A DNA stretch of 57,758 bases, the filler included, from Dugesia japonica (Eukaryota): assembly GCA_001938525.1 (NCBI GenBank). It is 4 parts of 4 records of this genome, joined end to end, with 100 filler letters (N's around TTAATTAATTAA, not from the genome) between each part and the next. Parts side by side here need not be neighbours in the genome. Positions count along the whole stretch, not along the records: positions 25,280 to 34,167 come from MQRL01465330.1; positions 34,268 to 48,561 come from MQRL01623286.1; 2 more parts are not named here. One strand, written 5' to 3'. Shown here piece after piece: positions 28,401 to 40,474 of this stretch (positions within the stretch are counted from its first letter, which is position 1; every line of letters starts with the position of its first letter). Made by a program: the position numbers and the translations under genes. Under the pieces are notes generated by a model. That model saw only the letters and a list, made by a program, of their open reading frames with translations, made no database searches and had not been told where the DNA came from.

Positions 28401-31400
28401 AACGTTTGAAAACAGAAAAATTCGCTATGGTATCTACGATTTGGAGTACATTCATTGAGAACATCCAAAACTGTTACAAACCGGGAGGTAATATTACTGT
28501 AGACGAAAAGCTATTTTCGACTAAAGTGAGATGTAGATTTACACAACACATGCCTAATAAGTCTAATAAATTTGGAATCAAATTTTGGTTAGCATCGGAC
28601 TTCGATAGTAAATACATCATAAATGCACTTCCATATCTAGGAAAAGATGAAAATATACCCTCTTCAGTACAACTATATAAATATGTTGCACTCAAACTCA
28701 TGGAACCATTTACGGGTTGCAGAAGAACTGTAACCACAGACAAATTTTTCACAAGCCAATCCCTAGCAACACAACTACTAGCAAAAAAAACTACGTTTGT
28801 TGGAACTATCCGGTCAAATAAAAGGGAATTACTAATAATTGCGAAGCAAAAGAAAGATGATATGGAACGCTTTTCATCAAAAATTTTCACAAAAGATAAT
28901 TGTACTCTTACAATCTATAAAAAAGGTACTTGTACTTAGTTCTAAACATAAATTTGTAACAGTAGAAAATAATGATAAGTGTTTACCTGAGTGTTTGGCG
29001 AGGAAATTTACTACATAATCTAAGTCTTGCAGATGGCCTCATCAAGTATTTTTCAATATCCTTAATTTAGCTGGCATAAATACCTGGATTTCAGGATAAA
29101 ATAACTCGAGTCAAGATTTTTTACTTAAGTTAGCAGTAGAATTTGGCGCCGATTTTCGAGAAGTCTATGAACATCCAAAAGAAAGAAAACATACGAAACG
29201 ATCGTTGCCTAAGTCTACGACAAATGCTTATCAACGTAAGACGTGTCAAATAGGATATTGTAACAAAAATAAAACCAACATAATTTGTTCTAAATGTAAA
29301 AACATATGTTTGCGAAAAATGTACAATGGAGGCACCATGTATATGTAAAAAATGCGATGAGAAATGAATAAAAAATTCTTATTCTTTGCGCTTGTAATAT
29401 ATATCGACAATATAGAATTTTGTTTAATTATAATAAAGTTAATTTTTATTTTTATTTCCTTCCTAACATACATCAGGAAACATAAAGTCTGGTAATATAG
29501 TACAAATAGTTATTTATTAAGTGTTGGTATGTTTAGTGTTAAAACTCATACCATACTATACGATATTTTATTAATTTTAGTCAACAAATATACAAAGTTC
29601 TCGAAAATATTCATTATTCAGCTATTTGTACATTTTTTCTTATATTTTTTCATTAATCTCACATAAAATACTGTAATTATTTCAAGCATTTGCTCAAGAA
29701 CTATCTCGGAATTTTTAACACAATGATGCACTCCATGATTTATGAAATATTGATTAACGTTTAGTTGTTATTTATAGATATGGTTAATTTTGGATAACTC
29801 CATTTGAACAAATCCTTTTATGTAACCCAAAGATTCGCATTTTCACATACCAATAAACAATTTCACAATATTTTCATTCATTAAATCGTTGTAAAATAAA
29901 GATAAAATTTAACTATTATCTGTCAAAAAAAGCAGTATAACACCACATACAAGATGTTTTCATTTTCAATATTTTGTATTAACAGTTAATTTACAGCTTC
30001 AAAGTCTATGATTGTCTGATAAATTAATAATCATGCAATATTTTACTAATGTATTCCTGGAAACTATATTTGGTTTTTCAAATTGATAGACAGTTTCTTT
30101 GATATTTGCATTTTGTAGTCATATAACGAAATCTATTCCAAGAAAACACAAGAAACATTAACAAAAGCTGGACTTGTGCAGCTGGATATCTCCTTACAGT
30201 CCAGATCTTGCACCAAGTGATATCTGGTTGTTCAATCATCTGTAGATACATTTGCAAGGACATAAGTTTGTTTCAAAGGATTATATGAAGGACAAAGTGA
30301 CGAAATTTCTCATGCAGAAGGATCAAAATGTCTTTAGAAGGGGCTTCGATGGAATGCTCGACCGCTGTTAAAAGTGCGTCAATGTAAACGGGGATTATAT
30401 CGAGAAATGAGACCTATGAATATATATTTATTGTTAATAAAAATTTTTTTGAGTTAACTTAATTATTTCTGGTAGATTCTAAATAATTTTAGCCTTACCA
30501 CGTATCTAAAGAAAAATATTATTTTGACTGGGCGGATAATTAAATTATTAAATGTTTTACTATAATATTGATTTAATTTGTACCATTTTTTACCAAGATT
30601 TTAATTTCTTGAGATAAAATGAACATTTTATCTACTGAATTAACTCATCTATATTTCTTATCCAATTCTGATAATATACATGTTATAACATTAAGAATCT
30701 TTAAAGCATTCCATAACACTATGCTCCGTCTTTTAGCAAGTTCTGAATAGCGTCATATTTACTTGATTACGCACAAGATCTCAGATAAATTTCCAAAATA
30801 TTATTTGGCTATTTCAACGACTCTGATTTGAAACTTGTTTCACTTTTAGTTGATTTCAAATAGAATAGATTACATTATAAATTAAATAAGATTGCTGTTA
30901 AATTTAGATTCTATCTAATGCATCTGATTATGTAGTATTTAAAATTTAATTATAATTTGTTTTAAATATTAACGAAAATTTGGATTAGTCTATTAGACCA
31001 ATTGTTTAATCAAGCACATTATTTTAGAAAAAGAAGAGATAAAATAAAAATTTTAAATAATTTTCTAGGTACCAATTACACTAGTGGTAATTAAGTATTA
31101 CTACAATTACTTATACAAAAAATCAATATTTTTACTGCGTAATAATAATCAAATGTATACTTTCAAGTATTTACAAACCATGTAATATCATAGGCTATGA
31201 ATAATCGATTTGTGCAATTTTTACCAAGTTCCACTGTGTGTAATGTAAATAATACCTATTTACAGTTAAAAAATATAAATAACGAATACAATTTTTCAAT
31301 ATTACTTTTTAAATTTACCCAATTTAGTGGTTTTCAAAATATAGCTAAATGGTTATAAATTAATATTATTCAAAGTTTTGAGTTTTTCTTAAACACTAAA

Positions 31401-32285
31401 CGATTTATTTATTTTTAAAAACACGTAAAATTTTTTAAAAAGCATTTTTCTTGTATACTAAACCATTTTAATAGAATTTTTTAATATATTAAATACTTTT
31501 TTAAGCTTACAAGAACATAAATTTTATTTTAGTAACATTTTTATAATTTTTCAATAACTTATAATGATAAAATTTTTACCTTGTGTTCCAACTAGAATAC
31601 ACGGCAGTTCCCCACATATAGAATTATTTCTCAATTTAAACAGCTGTTCATGCAACTTATATAGAACATTTAAACTTTCTTCTTTTTCTAAACTAAATAC
31701 AAAAATAACACCATCAACCCAATTTGAAAATTGATAGTCAGGAGGTTCAGCACCATCATCACGAATCATCATTAAATAACTATCATCGCCATCTAATATT
31801 ACTTCTTTTTTGAAACGACCACCTAAACAATTTTATATTAATTTATATTATTTTAAATTAACCTTCATCATATTCATTCTGAATGTAAGTTCCAGTGAGG
31901 TACCTATGTATTAAAGATGATTTTCCACTACAGCTAGCACCAAGAACTCCCTAAGAATTGACTTATTTAATTATATTTAAATTTTCATCAAATTACAAGT
32001 CTTATTTCGTGAATTCCATGAGTAAGCGTCCACTCTTGACTATTAATAAAAGAATCTAGAACAGAAAATAAAACTATTTAAAAATAGGGTTATTAAACCT
32101 TCAATACAATGCACAAATTCTCTTATTTGACTAGAAATTTTTAATTCTGAAATTTGATCTAACAGGTCATAAATTTCGTAAATACATGGATGGACGCTTT
32201 CAAATCGATTTATTTCTTGTTTGATCGTTTTAGACTTAATATATTTATATTTTGTTGTTTCGTCAGGTTCTTGATATGAGTTCAT
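25290..32285 (-). CDS. AGAP1: AGAP / centaurin-gamma (GTPase-like domain and start of PH domain); 8 coding exons, 3' part missing at the spacer
   Basis: Exons 32285-32099, 32055-31997, 31950-31863, 31822-31580, 27210-26747, 26266-25985, 25904-25818, 25460-25290 are all GT-AG and phase-consistent. The spliced protein has AGAP hallmarks: [113 protein letters not shown]...LTYHP. The symbol denotes the family (AGAP1/3-like). Confidence 0.95.
25818..25904 (-). CDS. AGAP1: AGAP exon 7
   Basis: [29 protein letters not shown] (compare AGAP TPTPVRKQSKRRSNLF); ccgtag| and |gtgagt. Confidence 0.88.
25985..26266 (-). CDS. AGAP1: AGAP exon 6 (S/T/N-rich linker)
   Basis: 282 nt, phase 0/0, between ttatag| and |gtacga; open frame HTMKTKQLP...QQSVQ. 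Confidence 0.8.
26747..27210 (-). CDS. AGAP1: AGAP exon 5
   Basis: (D)[44 protein letters not shown] followed by a low-complexity linker; tttag| and |gttatt. Confidence 0.9.
27401..29538 (+). mobile_element. piggyBac transposon with both ends, decayed transposase, inside AGAP intron 4
   Basis: 12-bp TIRs cactaaacatac / gtatgtttagtg; TTAA follows the right end and ttaaa precedes the left. Transposase motifs [47 protein letters not shown] and a Cys-rich C-terminus; multiple frameshifts. Confidence 0.93.
28406..28939 (+). pseudogene. piggyBac transposase core fragment (DDE_Tnp_1_7-like)
   Basis: Longest surviving open frame, containing the first two catalytic Asp motifs (TVDE, TTDKFF). Confidence 0.9.
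30130..30504 (+). mobile_element. Mariner 3' remnant inside AGAP intron 4
   Basis: [17 protein letters not shown] ... [24 protein letters not shown], followed by a TIR-like end ...ccttaccacgta. Confidence 0.85.
31580..31822 (-). CDS. AGAP1: AGAP exon 4
   Basis: (G)[23 protein letters not shown]...[12 protein letters not shown]...ILVGTQ between tttag| and |gtaaaa. Confidence 0.92.
31863..31950 (-). CDS. AGAP1: AGAP exon 3 (P-loop)
   Basis: [29 protein letters not shown] between cttag| and |gttaat. Confidence 0.92.
31997..32055 (-). CDS. AGAP1: AGAP exon 2
   Basis: (D)[19 protein letters not shown] between ttctag| and |gtaatt. Confidence 0.9.
32099..32285 (-). CDS. AGAP1: AGAP exon 1 (coding part)
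   Basis: MNSYQEP...[22 protein letters not shown]...IREFVHCIE, donor G|gttta. Confidence 0.9.
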
Positions 32286-32939
32286 GCTATATACAAATTA
32301 GAATACCATTTTAAAATTCATAAATAATAATTTAATAATAATAAATATATTTTAATTTATTTGATTTACATGTGATATTTTAAACAACTCATTCAATATA
32401 AATTTGAAAATTTTTTATTACAATAGATAAAATTAAATTAATTATTAAATTTAGTTTTACACGATCTTAATCGCTATAAATTTTACGCGATTATTTTAAA
32501 AAACATAAATGAATTGTTTAAGCTTCCTATTGAATAATTTAACATGTAACATCATTCATGATAATGATGAAATATTATTTTCTAGTTTTATTATTGCAGA
32601 ATTTTGATTCTGCACATTCAAAGATAGTTATTTAGTATTTTTTAAATATTTATGAGATATTTTTGAAAAGTTTGTTTTTCATAGTTGCAATTTAATAAAT
32701 CAACTCAATATACTGTTTATTTTTTATTGAATATTCATTGTTGTTATTGTGGTGAAACACTGGCCCACGAAATAAAAGAAATCGACAGGGGCTTGAAGTA
32801 ATGATAATAAGAAATAATAAAGCCAGGAGGCCCCAAATAAGGAGTGGTATTTCAAAAATTAAAAATAATTTTAACAATAAAGTCAATAAATAAAAAGAAT
32901 CAGGGAAATACCAAAATTAATAAGAAATACATGTTATAC

Positions 32940-33358
32940 TCAGCGCAATGACGTCCAACTGATATTCAACTGATTTGAATATTTTTGTGTTGACGTTGTC
33001 GCATATTCCTCTACACTGGTCCTCACCAACTGAATATTTTCATTGGCTCTTGAGCATTTTGGTCTAGCAGACCTGTTGCTATCTCCAACTGATCCAGACT
33101 TTTGAAATTGACAAACAATTTCGCGAATATTTGCACCAGAAGGTGATTTCTTTACATAAAATTTTCTATATTTCAATAATGTTTTATAAATATTCCTTTG
33201 ACTTTCAAAATAAAATGTCATTATATTGATTCTTTCTTCTATCATACATTTTTGCATTCTTAATCTAGTTTATCTAATAAAGAAAATTTGAAAAATATTT
33301 ATTATTAAAAAAGTTATGGTTATTTTTTGGTAGGAAGTGACTTTTGGCCCATCTTGTA
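32940..33358 (-). mobile_element. Tc1/mariner 5' remnant (DUF4817-like HTH, rosa/DD41D-like)
   Basis: EERINIMTFYFE...PSGANIREIVCQFQKSGSVGDSNRSARPKCSRANENIQLVRTSVEE...TSTQK; TIR-like start tacaagatgggccaaaagtcac; catalytic domain absent. Confidence 0.75.
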
Positions 33359-34730
33359 GGAAAAAAAAATTAAGAGATCGAAATTTGGTCAACAATAATT
33401 AAAAAAGGTAAAAGCATAATGAATTCGAATCGCTAAAGATTTTTAAAAAAAACTGAAATATTACAGAAAAAATTAAATAAGTTTTCTAGAAAAAGAGATT
33501 TAATTATGCAGAAAATCAATAAAAGAGGAATAACGTCCTTCAGAATAGTCAAAACAGGATGGGAAAGAAAAAATCAATAAGCTAACGTCACGAGAAATGC
33601 AATGTTGTTAATTACGAAGCAATATCATCACCAGAAGGGTTGGAAAAATGACTGTTAAGATTGGGCCAATAAGAGACCATTGAAAAATCAAGAAATAAGG
33701 AATAAGAAAGTCACAAGGTGTCCAAAAATAGGCACCAATTAGAGATATTGTGAAATAGAAAAATCTAGAAATCAGATACAAGGTAGAAAAGCAGAAGAAG
33801 AGTCTAAAAATACTAAATTAATCAGATGGTAGCAGTGGTGCAAGGTAAAGGTATATAAATCCCCATTTTTTAGACAAAAGACACCCTCATTTTTTGAATC
33901 ACTTTATGTATTTTCGGCTTAGTATTATTGTTGGGGTCCCACCTGAGTTGGAAAAGTAGCTGGGGAAAAAACAGCCCTCAGGGGAACCCTTTCAAGAATT
34001 TACCCTACCGTCCCTGCGGTAGGTACTGAGTTTACTGCGGTTGACTTCACTCTTAATGGGAGGTGCACACCAGCAAACCTTTAGTTCGGGTTTTACATAC
34101 TTTCCCTAATCTATTTAAGAAAAATTAATAAATCCACTCCAATTCTAATTGCAATATTTATTAGTAANNNNNNNNNNNNNNNNNNNNNNNNNNNNNNNNN
34201 NNNNNNNNNNNTTAATTAATTAANNNNNNNNNNNNNNNNNNNNNNNNNNNNNNNNNNNNNNNNNNNNTTATTTAAATAAATAAATTATTTATTTTATTTT
34301 CTTGGTGTATCTTAATTAATTGTTCATTCTTTGTTTTTTGAGACAAATATTAATTAAATTCTGCTAATTTCTTCCACTAATTAATTCGTTTAATTTATTT
34401 TCTGTAGGTTGATTATTTCCTTTAACTTCTTTTCTTTTATTTAATGAATTATTTTCTTCCGTTATTAATTTTCCCTTCTTTGTTCTTTCAGTCCGTTTTA
34501 TTTTCTCTTCCAACATTTCTTTTCTTCCTTCGTTACTTTCTAGGTTACGGATCATTTCCCATATTTAGTTCCTTTATTTCGGTTTTTTTTCAATTGTTCT
34601 TTTTGGTAACTGGTCTAACTCCTTCTTTTACCTGCTTTTCTCTGTTTTCAATCTTAGGATATTCTTCCACATTTTGGTGTACCTAATCGCTAGTTTGTTT
34701 TCCCTTCTCAAGTGTTTCACCCCAACACTA
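33356..34730. mobile_element. Probable LTR-retrotransposon LTR fragments, including a tRNA-iMet-like PBS
   Basis: Purine-skewed non-coding DNA; TGGTAGCAG at 33827-33835 after ...atcaga; TGTTGGGG starts at ~33928 (+) and ~34727 (-). Boundaries are uncertain and the region spans a spacer. Confidence 0.35.
34168..34267. other. Artificial scaffold spacer
   Basis: 44 N + TTAATTAATTAA (34212-34223) + 44 N. Confidence 0.95.
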
Positions 34731-35186
34731 GTATTTGCAGAAAAACCTATATACGCCAGAAACAATATGGTTGATAAAGATTTCATTATGGGGAGCATAG
34801 AAAATTTGAGGAATCAACCGTATAAAACATATTACTTCTTTAATACTGCTGAGCAATTAGAAAAATTAATTAAATTAAAATAATAATAATTAGTTGTTTT
34901 CTTGTTAGTTTTACTTTAAAGCCAATATTTAATCGATGACTTATGAAAATTTTAAAGTCTTTCAGTGATAACATTATAAATATGTTATCATATAAAAATA
35001 ATTCTTTACAAATTGAATAGATGAATTTGAAAATATATTCTTTGTACAAAAAATAATTTTACTGCAAATCAACATTTGTACTTTTACGGTCAAATAAACA
35101 TGTTAAATTTTCGTTAGAAAATTGCAAATAAGCGACACATATATGATTTCCATAGAAATAAACGTGTTGACAGAAAATTAAATACG

Positions 35187-35324
35187 TACTTACCCCATCC
35201 CATAAAAAGTGAATTTATAAAAAAATTAAATTTGTATTTTTCAAATATATACGTGATAAAATGTTAATATTAATCATTTAAAATTAAAATTAAAATATCC
35301 ACTTTTTATGGGATGGAGTAAGTA
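35187..35324. mobile_element. Tc1/mariner-type (Stowaway-like) MITE
   Basis: 25-bp inverted repeats tacttaccccatcccataaaaagtg / cactttttatgggatggagtaagta (1 mismatch), TA at both ends, ~138 bp in total. Confidence 0.8.
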
Positions 35325-35567
35325 TATTAATAATTTAATTTTAAATTACTTTTGCGATTAATTTTTAAATAAAACTTCGAATTTTCAAAATTAATAAAAT
35401 CAGTCCNAAATGTAATTTTACTGGGTAGTTTAAATGAAATTCAGTATTCATGTTTTAAAATTATGCACAATTTATAAATCAAATTTTAATTGTTTTTTCA
35501 ATTATTAAAATTATACTTGTTTTAATAATCGGAATTTGTACGTAATTTTTGAATCTTTAGCTTGTGA

Positions 35568-37268
35568 ATGTCAGATTTTCAACCGAAGTGTTCAAGGAAA
35601 CGTAATTATAAGCCTGATTCTTCCAGTAATTGTGTTTCTTCCTCATCAAAAAGAAATTTCAAATCTTCAGAATTATGGAATAATTTTTTATCAAATTTAT
35701 CAGTCGATTTAGAAGGTTCCAAAACTAATACAAATGCAGAATTAGTTTCAACAGAAAATAAATTATTGAAAGCTAATGAGGCTTTATCAACTGAGTCATT
35801 AATTTATGAAAAAAATAAAGAAAATGCAGTTAATAGTTCATCATTATCTACTGTAGACCCAAATTTTTCATTGAACATTGTAAGTAAAAATGCAGTTAAT
35901 TTATCTTTATCTACAATTTTGTCAAAGAATAGCGAAGATGGTTTGCCAAGTGAATCCTGGTCTGAAGTTTTGGTTAACATATCCCAAGATGTAATCAAAG
36001 ATACTTCTCCAAAAATTTCCAGTGAAAATCAAATTAAAATCGAAAATTATCAAAATATTAAAACTGAAAACGATACCAACAATTTATATAAGATTACTTC
36101 TTTAAAGCTCGAAAAACATATGAAAACTGAGTCAAGTTCCGATATTTTCACCAAAACACCACAAAAATTAGATAGTGATAAAACCGATTGTAATTCAAAT
36201 AAAGAAAGTCTTTGTTTTAAAATAAAAAATGAAATTGATATTGTAAATCTAAATTATTTAATTGAAAATCACAAAACTTCTACACCGGTTAAAAAANCTC
36301 GTATTAAAAAACATTTAGAAAGTTTTTCTTCAGATGTAAGCTGTTCTTCGATTTGCTTATCGAATCGTAGTGTTCGAGACAATTCCATTTTGGAAAAAGA
36401 GGGAACTACATTAAAAATGTTTCGGGGAGAAATTCCAATGAGGAATCACATGAAAATGGTTCATTTGAATGACACATTTCCCTGGAAATGTTCAGAATGT
36501 GGGGAATTGTTTTCGGTTTTTATTGATTTTGTTGCCCACGAAAAAGTCGTTCATAACAAACACGAAAAAACTTGGAATTGTTACATTTGTGCTGAAATGG
36601 GGGACGGAGTTTATCAATGTCATTATTGTAAATACAGCAATGCATCATTGTTGCATTTTGAACGTCATTTGAACAAGCACAAGGTTGATAAATCGATAAT
36701 TCAGTGCCATTTTTGCGATAAAAAGTTCGATAAGAAAAACGTTATGATGGACCATATCAAGAGTTTCCATCGAGAAGAGAAGCTCGAATGTCAAATTTGC
36801 GGAATAAAATCGACAAATTTGTCGCAACACATCTCGTTGGTCCATAAGGGACCACCGAAAACATGTTCGATTTGCGGACAACAGTTCAAATATAAACGAG
36901 ATTTGCAGCAACACGAAAAGAAAAAACACAATGCGAAGCCGTTGACAAAGTGTGACATCTGTGGGATCATCTTGACGGATTACTACTATCAGAAGAGGCA
37001 CATGCTGGTACACGACAAACATCTCGATGAGAATGGGCAATATTTGCCGATTCCAGAATCTGAGATTAGGAAACTCGATGGAATCATCAACAAACGTCGA
37101 ATGAATAATCCGTATCTATTTGTCAGTACTTTGTCCGGTCCAGATCAACCTAGCTATTGTTCTCATCTGGCAACCGATGTTGCTAGGCAACAAGCAAATG
37201 TTCTAATCAATTCTAAAATGACAGACACTTCAGATTTGAAATTCTTTGTGACGCAGAATAATAAATAA
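35568..37268 (+). CDS. C2H2 zinc-finger protein (6 complete fingers and 2 half-fingers)
   Basis: 566-aa ORF: S/N/K-rich N-terminus, then CSEC..HEKVVH, CHYC..HLNKH, CHFC..HIKSFH, CQIC..HISLVH, CSIC..HEKKKH, CDIC..HMLVH. AATAAA overlaps the stop. A splice acceptor (ctttag at 35560) just upstream suggests an earlier exon. Confidence 0.9.
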   Translation: MSDFQPKCSRKRNYKPDSSSNCVSSSSKRNFKSSELWNNFLSNLSVDLEGSKTNTNAELVSTENKLLKANEALSTESLIYEKNKENAVNSSSLSTVDPNFSLNIVSKNAVNLSLSTILSKNSEDGLPSESWSEVLVNISQDVIKDTSPKISSENQIKIENYQNIKTENDTNNLYKITSLKLEKHMKTESSSDIFTKTPQKLDSDKTDCNSNKESLCFKIKNEIDIVNLNYLIENHKTSTPVKKXRIKKHLESFSSDVSCSSICLSNRSVRDNSILEKEGTTLKMFRGEIPMRNHMKMVHLNDTFPWKCSECGELFSVFIDFVAHEKVVHNKHEKTWNCYICAEMGDGVYQCHYCKYSNASLLHFERHLNKHKVDKSIIQCHFCDKKFDKKNVMMDHIKSFHREEKLECQICGIKSTNLSQHISLVHKGPPKTCSICGQQFKYKRDLQQHEKKKHNAKPLTKCDICGIILTDYYYQKRHMLVHDKHLDENGQYLPIPESEIRKLDGIINKRRMNNPYLFVSTLSGPDQPSYCSHLATDVARQQANVLINSKMTDTSDLKFFVTQNNK

Positions 37269-38899
37269 ATGTTTTTCACATTATTTTTATCTGTTTGTGT
37301 GCGTGTGTTCTCACCGAAACGGTAAATGGGGATCTACAGGGGTATTGTAACATATCAATATTATGTAAATAAATAATTTCTTGCATTTGATTACAATTTG
37401 CACGAGTTTTAACTTACGAATTTATTTTATATGAAGCTGTGTAGTAGAAACGGCACAAGTTATAAAAGTGTACAATCCAAATAATTAGGCTCAGTTATCA
37501 ATGAAAAATGAATTCAATCAACAATAAATTTCATGAATTTTGTGTATTCGTTTTTGTATAATTCGATTTTATTATTATATTTTTGAAAAACTTTCAACTG
37601 GGTCAATCGATTTAAATGAAATTTTATATACAAAGTTTTCGCGGACCACGTACTAAATACAACCAGAAATTTGATTAATTTAAGATGAATTACTTTGTAT
37701 CTTTGTGTGCTTAATAAACGAAGAGTGTTTATTTTCGATTGATGTTTTTAGTTTGTCTGAGAACTAGAAATTTTGTTATATAAATGTTTTTGTTCAGCAT
37801 TTTCGTAATTTTATTTTTTACTATAACGCTGTTAGAAATAATTATTGATATCAATACAACCTGGAAAATACTCCACAACAGTATTAGGCAAATAAATCAT
37901 TTATATCTCATTTCATTGATAAGGATTAGTATGAGTTTTCAATTACGTATTTATTTTATATAATGAAACAATTTATCATAATCCGCTATTCAGTTAAGTT
38001 GAAATTCCAAGATGAATTTTTTTGAATATTTAATTCATAAAAGTGAACCATCTGAATTATTATACATTATTTCCTACTAAAAAATTAATCCATTTTTTAT
38101 CATCTTCAAGTTTTCGTTTTTTGCTCGTTTCGAGTCTATCTAAACAAATGTTTATAAAACAAATCAGAAGAAAATTATTTTTCGGTCGATGCAATCAATA
38201 TTTATATTTAAAATTACTGCTTATCTTGTTATTTAATATGGTTTATGCAAACAAGTCAATACAGAATACGCCATATTAGAATTGAGAACTGCTTTTAAAT
38301 GTATTTATTTTGGATATTTAATGGATATCTATTATTTTGGTAATAAATTTGAGCTGTCAAAAAGTAAAACTTTGACGGGTGACGCGTTGATTATCCCGGA
38401 ATAAATGAAACAAGAACTTTGATTAATTTAAAGTTTTTATTTTTATAATCTCGGATTGATTTTAAGAAAAATAAATTTATTGGCTGCTTGTAGAAATATT
38501 AATTGAGTTATTGTAGAAAATCTTAAAAATATATTTATTAAAGTTACTAGTTTATTTTCCATTATTTTCTTTTCATTATCATGTGAAATAAGTTGTATCA
38601 CAACTTTACAATGATATTAAAGATTGAAATTCTCTGTTAATAGATTACATTTCTATAAATAAATAGAGCCTGTGTGAATAACATGATCAAAGATTGATTC
38701 AAATCTAATAAAGATTCATAAATGTTGCGGAATAATTCATGAAACAAATGATAAACTATTAATCGTTTATTGCAGAGTAATTTTTACGGTACAACAGTAG
38801 ACAGATAGTGGCACACTGTTACAATTCTTATTTATTAAATTTCCATTGATTTCCTTAATTTCTCTAATTTTTATAAATTTCAGAGTTTAGCAAGAGATG

Positions 38900-40120
38900 C
38901 AGGAAGGCAGTAAATAATAATAACCTGTTTACTATTATATTCTTATTTCAAGATAGTATTTTGATACCACAACATGATGCATAATAATATTCAATATCTG
39001 GGTCTCGCTCTTCATTTATTGATAGAGTTGATGTTTCTACTGTTATATCGTCATCTGGAATAAATACAGTTTCCATTATATTGCCTGGATATAAAGTCAA
39101 TGATTTCATATCTAAATTTTTAACTTATATTGAAAATCTCCCATCTGTGACATTGCTAACATTGCAAGTCCTAGATATACAATATTTTCCCATCCATAAC
39201 GAATTTGATTCGAAAAATATTTTCCTTGATGTTCATTAGTGGTATTAACTACACACACCGCTTCTGTCAAACGGTGGAATAGTGATTAGTTGATCCACAT
39301 AAGCTATATGTTCATCATAAGCCTTTCTACCAGTACGTGACGTCTTCACTAATTGTTCAGTTACGCAATCATAAACAACGTTTTTAAGTTTACACATTAC
39401 ATCCATCCCGAGTACATATTCAAATGGACATCTTCGCATAACTTTGATATTGTGTTTCATCTCTTGATCACATAATTTAATGCTACATTCCAGATAGCCA
39501 ATTATATCTAGTACTATTTCGTTTACTCCGGTAGGTTTGCTGATTATTTATACTTTAAACTCCGATTCTGATTTATTCAAAAGATTAGCGTCTATGATAG
39601 TGATATCTGATCCTGAATCTATCCTAACATATATGGTTTATGAGAATAACTGTTTACATTTACCATACAAACGGTTGATTGAAATGCTGTGATTCCCAAC
39701 ATATTTTCTCTTAGTGTATCAAAATTCGAGTCTGATTAATTACCATGATTAATATTTGTCTGATGTTTTTAGTTTACTATACCATGGATGACGAGTTCTG
39801 GATTCGGATTAGGTAAGTTTCTTGTCCACGCTTGCTCTTTCTCCCAATCTTGGAACTCTCTCGCTACATCCTCTTGAGTGAAATTTATAGGCAATTGTTG
39901 ACTTGAATTCATTTAAAAAAAAGCTTCGATCAAAATTTTTATTTTAAATGAATTCTGTAAAACGATCAATGGTTATGTCCAACAATTATTCTCGTAATAC
40001 TTGCAATTGTAAAATTATTGACCTCTATGTTTTTCAAATAGGACACGTATTAAACTTTGTGATCCTGGTTTTGCCTCCTCATATGCCAGAATTCTCTCCA
40101 TATCTAAATTGTCAATGTTA
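38900..40120 (-). mobile_element. Gypsy/Ty3-type LTR retrotransposon gag-protease remnant
   Basis: Aspartic protease motifs VRIDSGSDITIID (~39595-39630) and EYVLGMD, with decayed gag-like sequence upstream; no RT. Confidence 0.7.
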
Positions 40121-40474
40121 GGTAATTATAAAAATTTGCAAATATTTTTAAAATTTAATGCAATGTTATTAGTTTACATTTTTTACTGTAAATAATTAGT
40201 AAAAAATTTTAATAATTAAATTTTATAGCTTCATTTTTTAAATTACTGGAAATTCGAGGTTTTAGATTTAAAAAAAATATTTTTAAAATATATATCCAAA
40301 TTTGTTTAAATTTTTTATTTATTCAAATATATAAATTGGTAAAGGCAAGTTTTGAAAGAAGCGTTCAAAAAGAAAGAAGAATTTCAAAGAAGAATTAATT
40401 GTAATTGAAATAAAGTATTGAATTAAAAGTCTTGTTTTAATTGATTTAAATGAAGAAGAAAACAAATAAAACTA

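Noticed and set aside
28474-28890. Minus-strand 138-aa ORF
   Set aside because: Antisense to the piggyBac transposase.
36645-37040. Minus-strand 131-aa ORF
   Set aside because: Antisense to the zinc-finger CDS.
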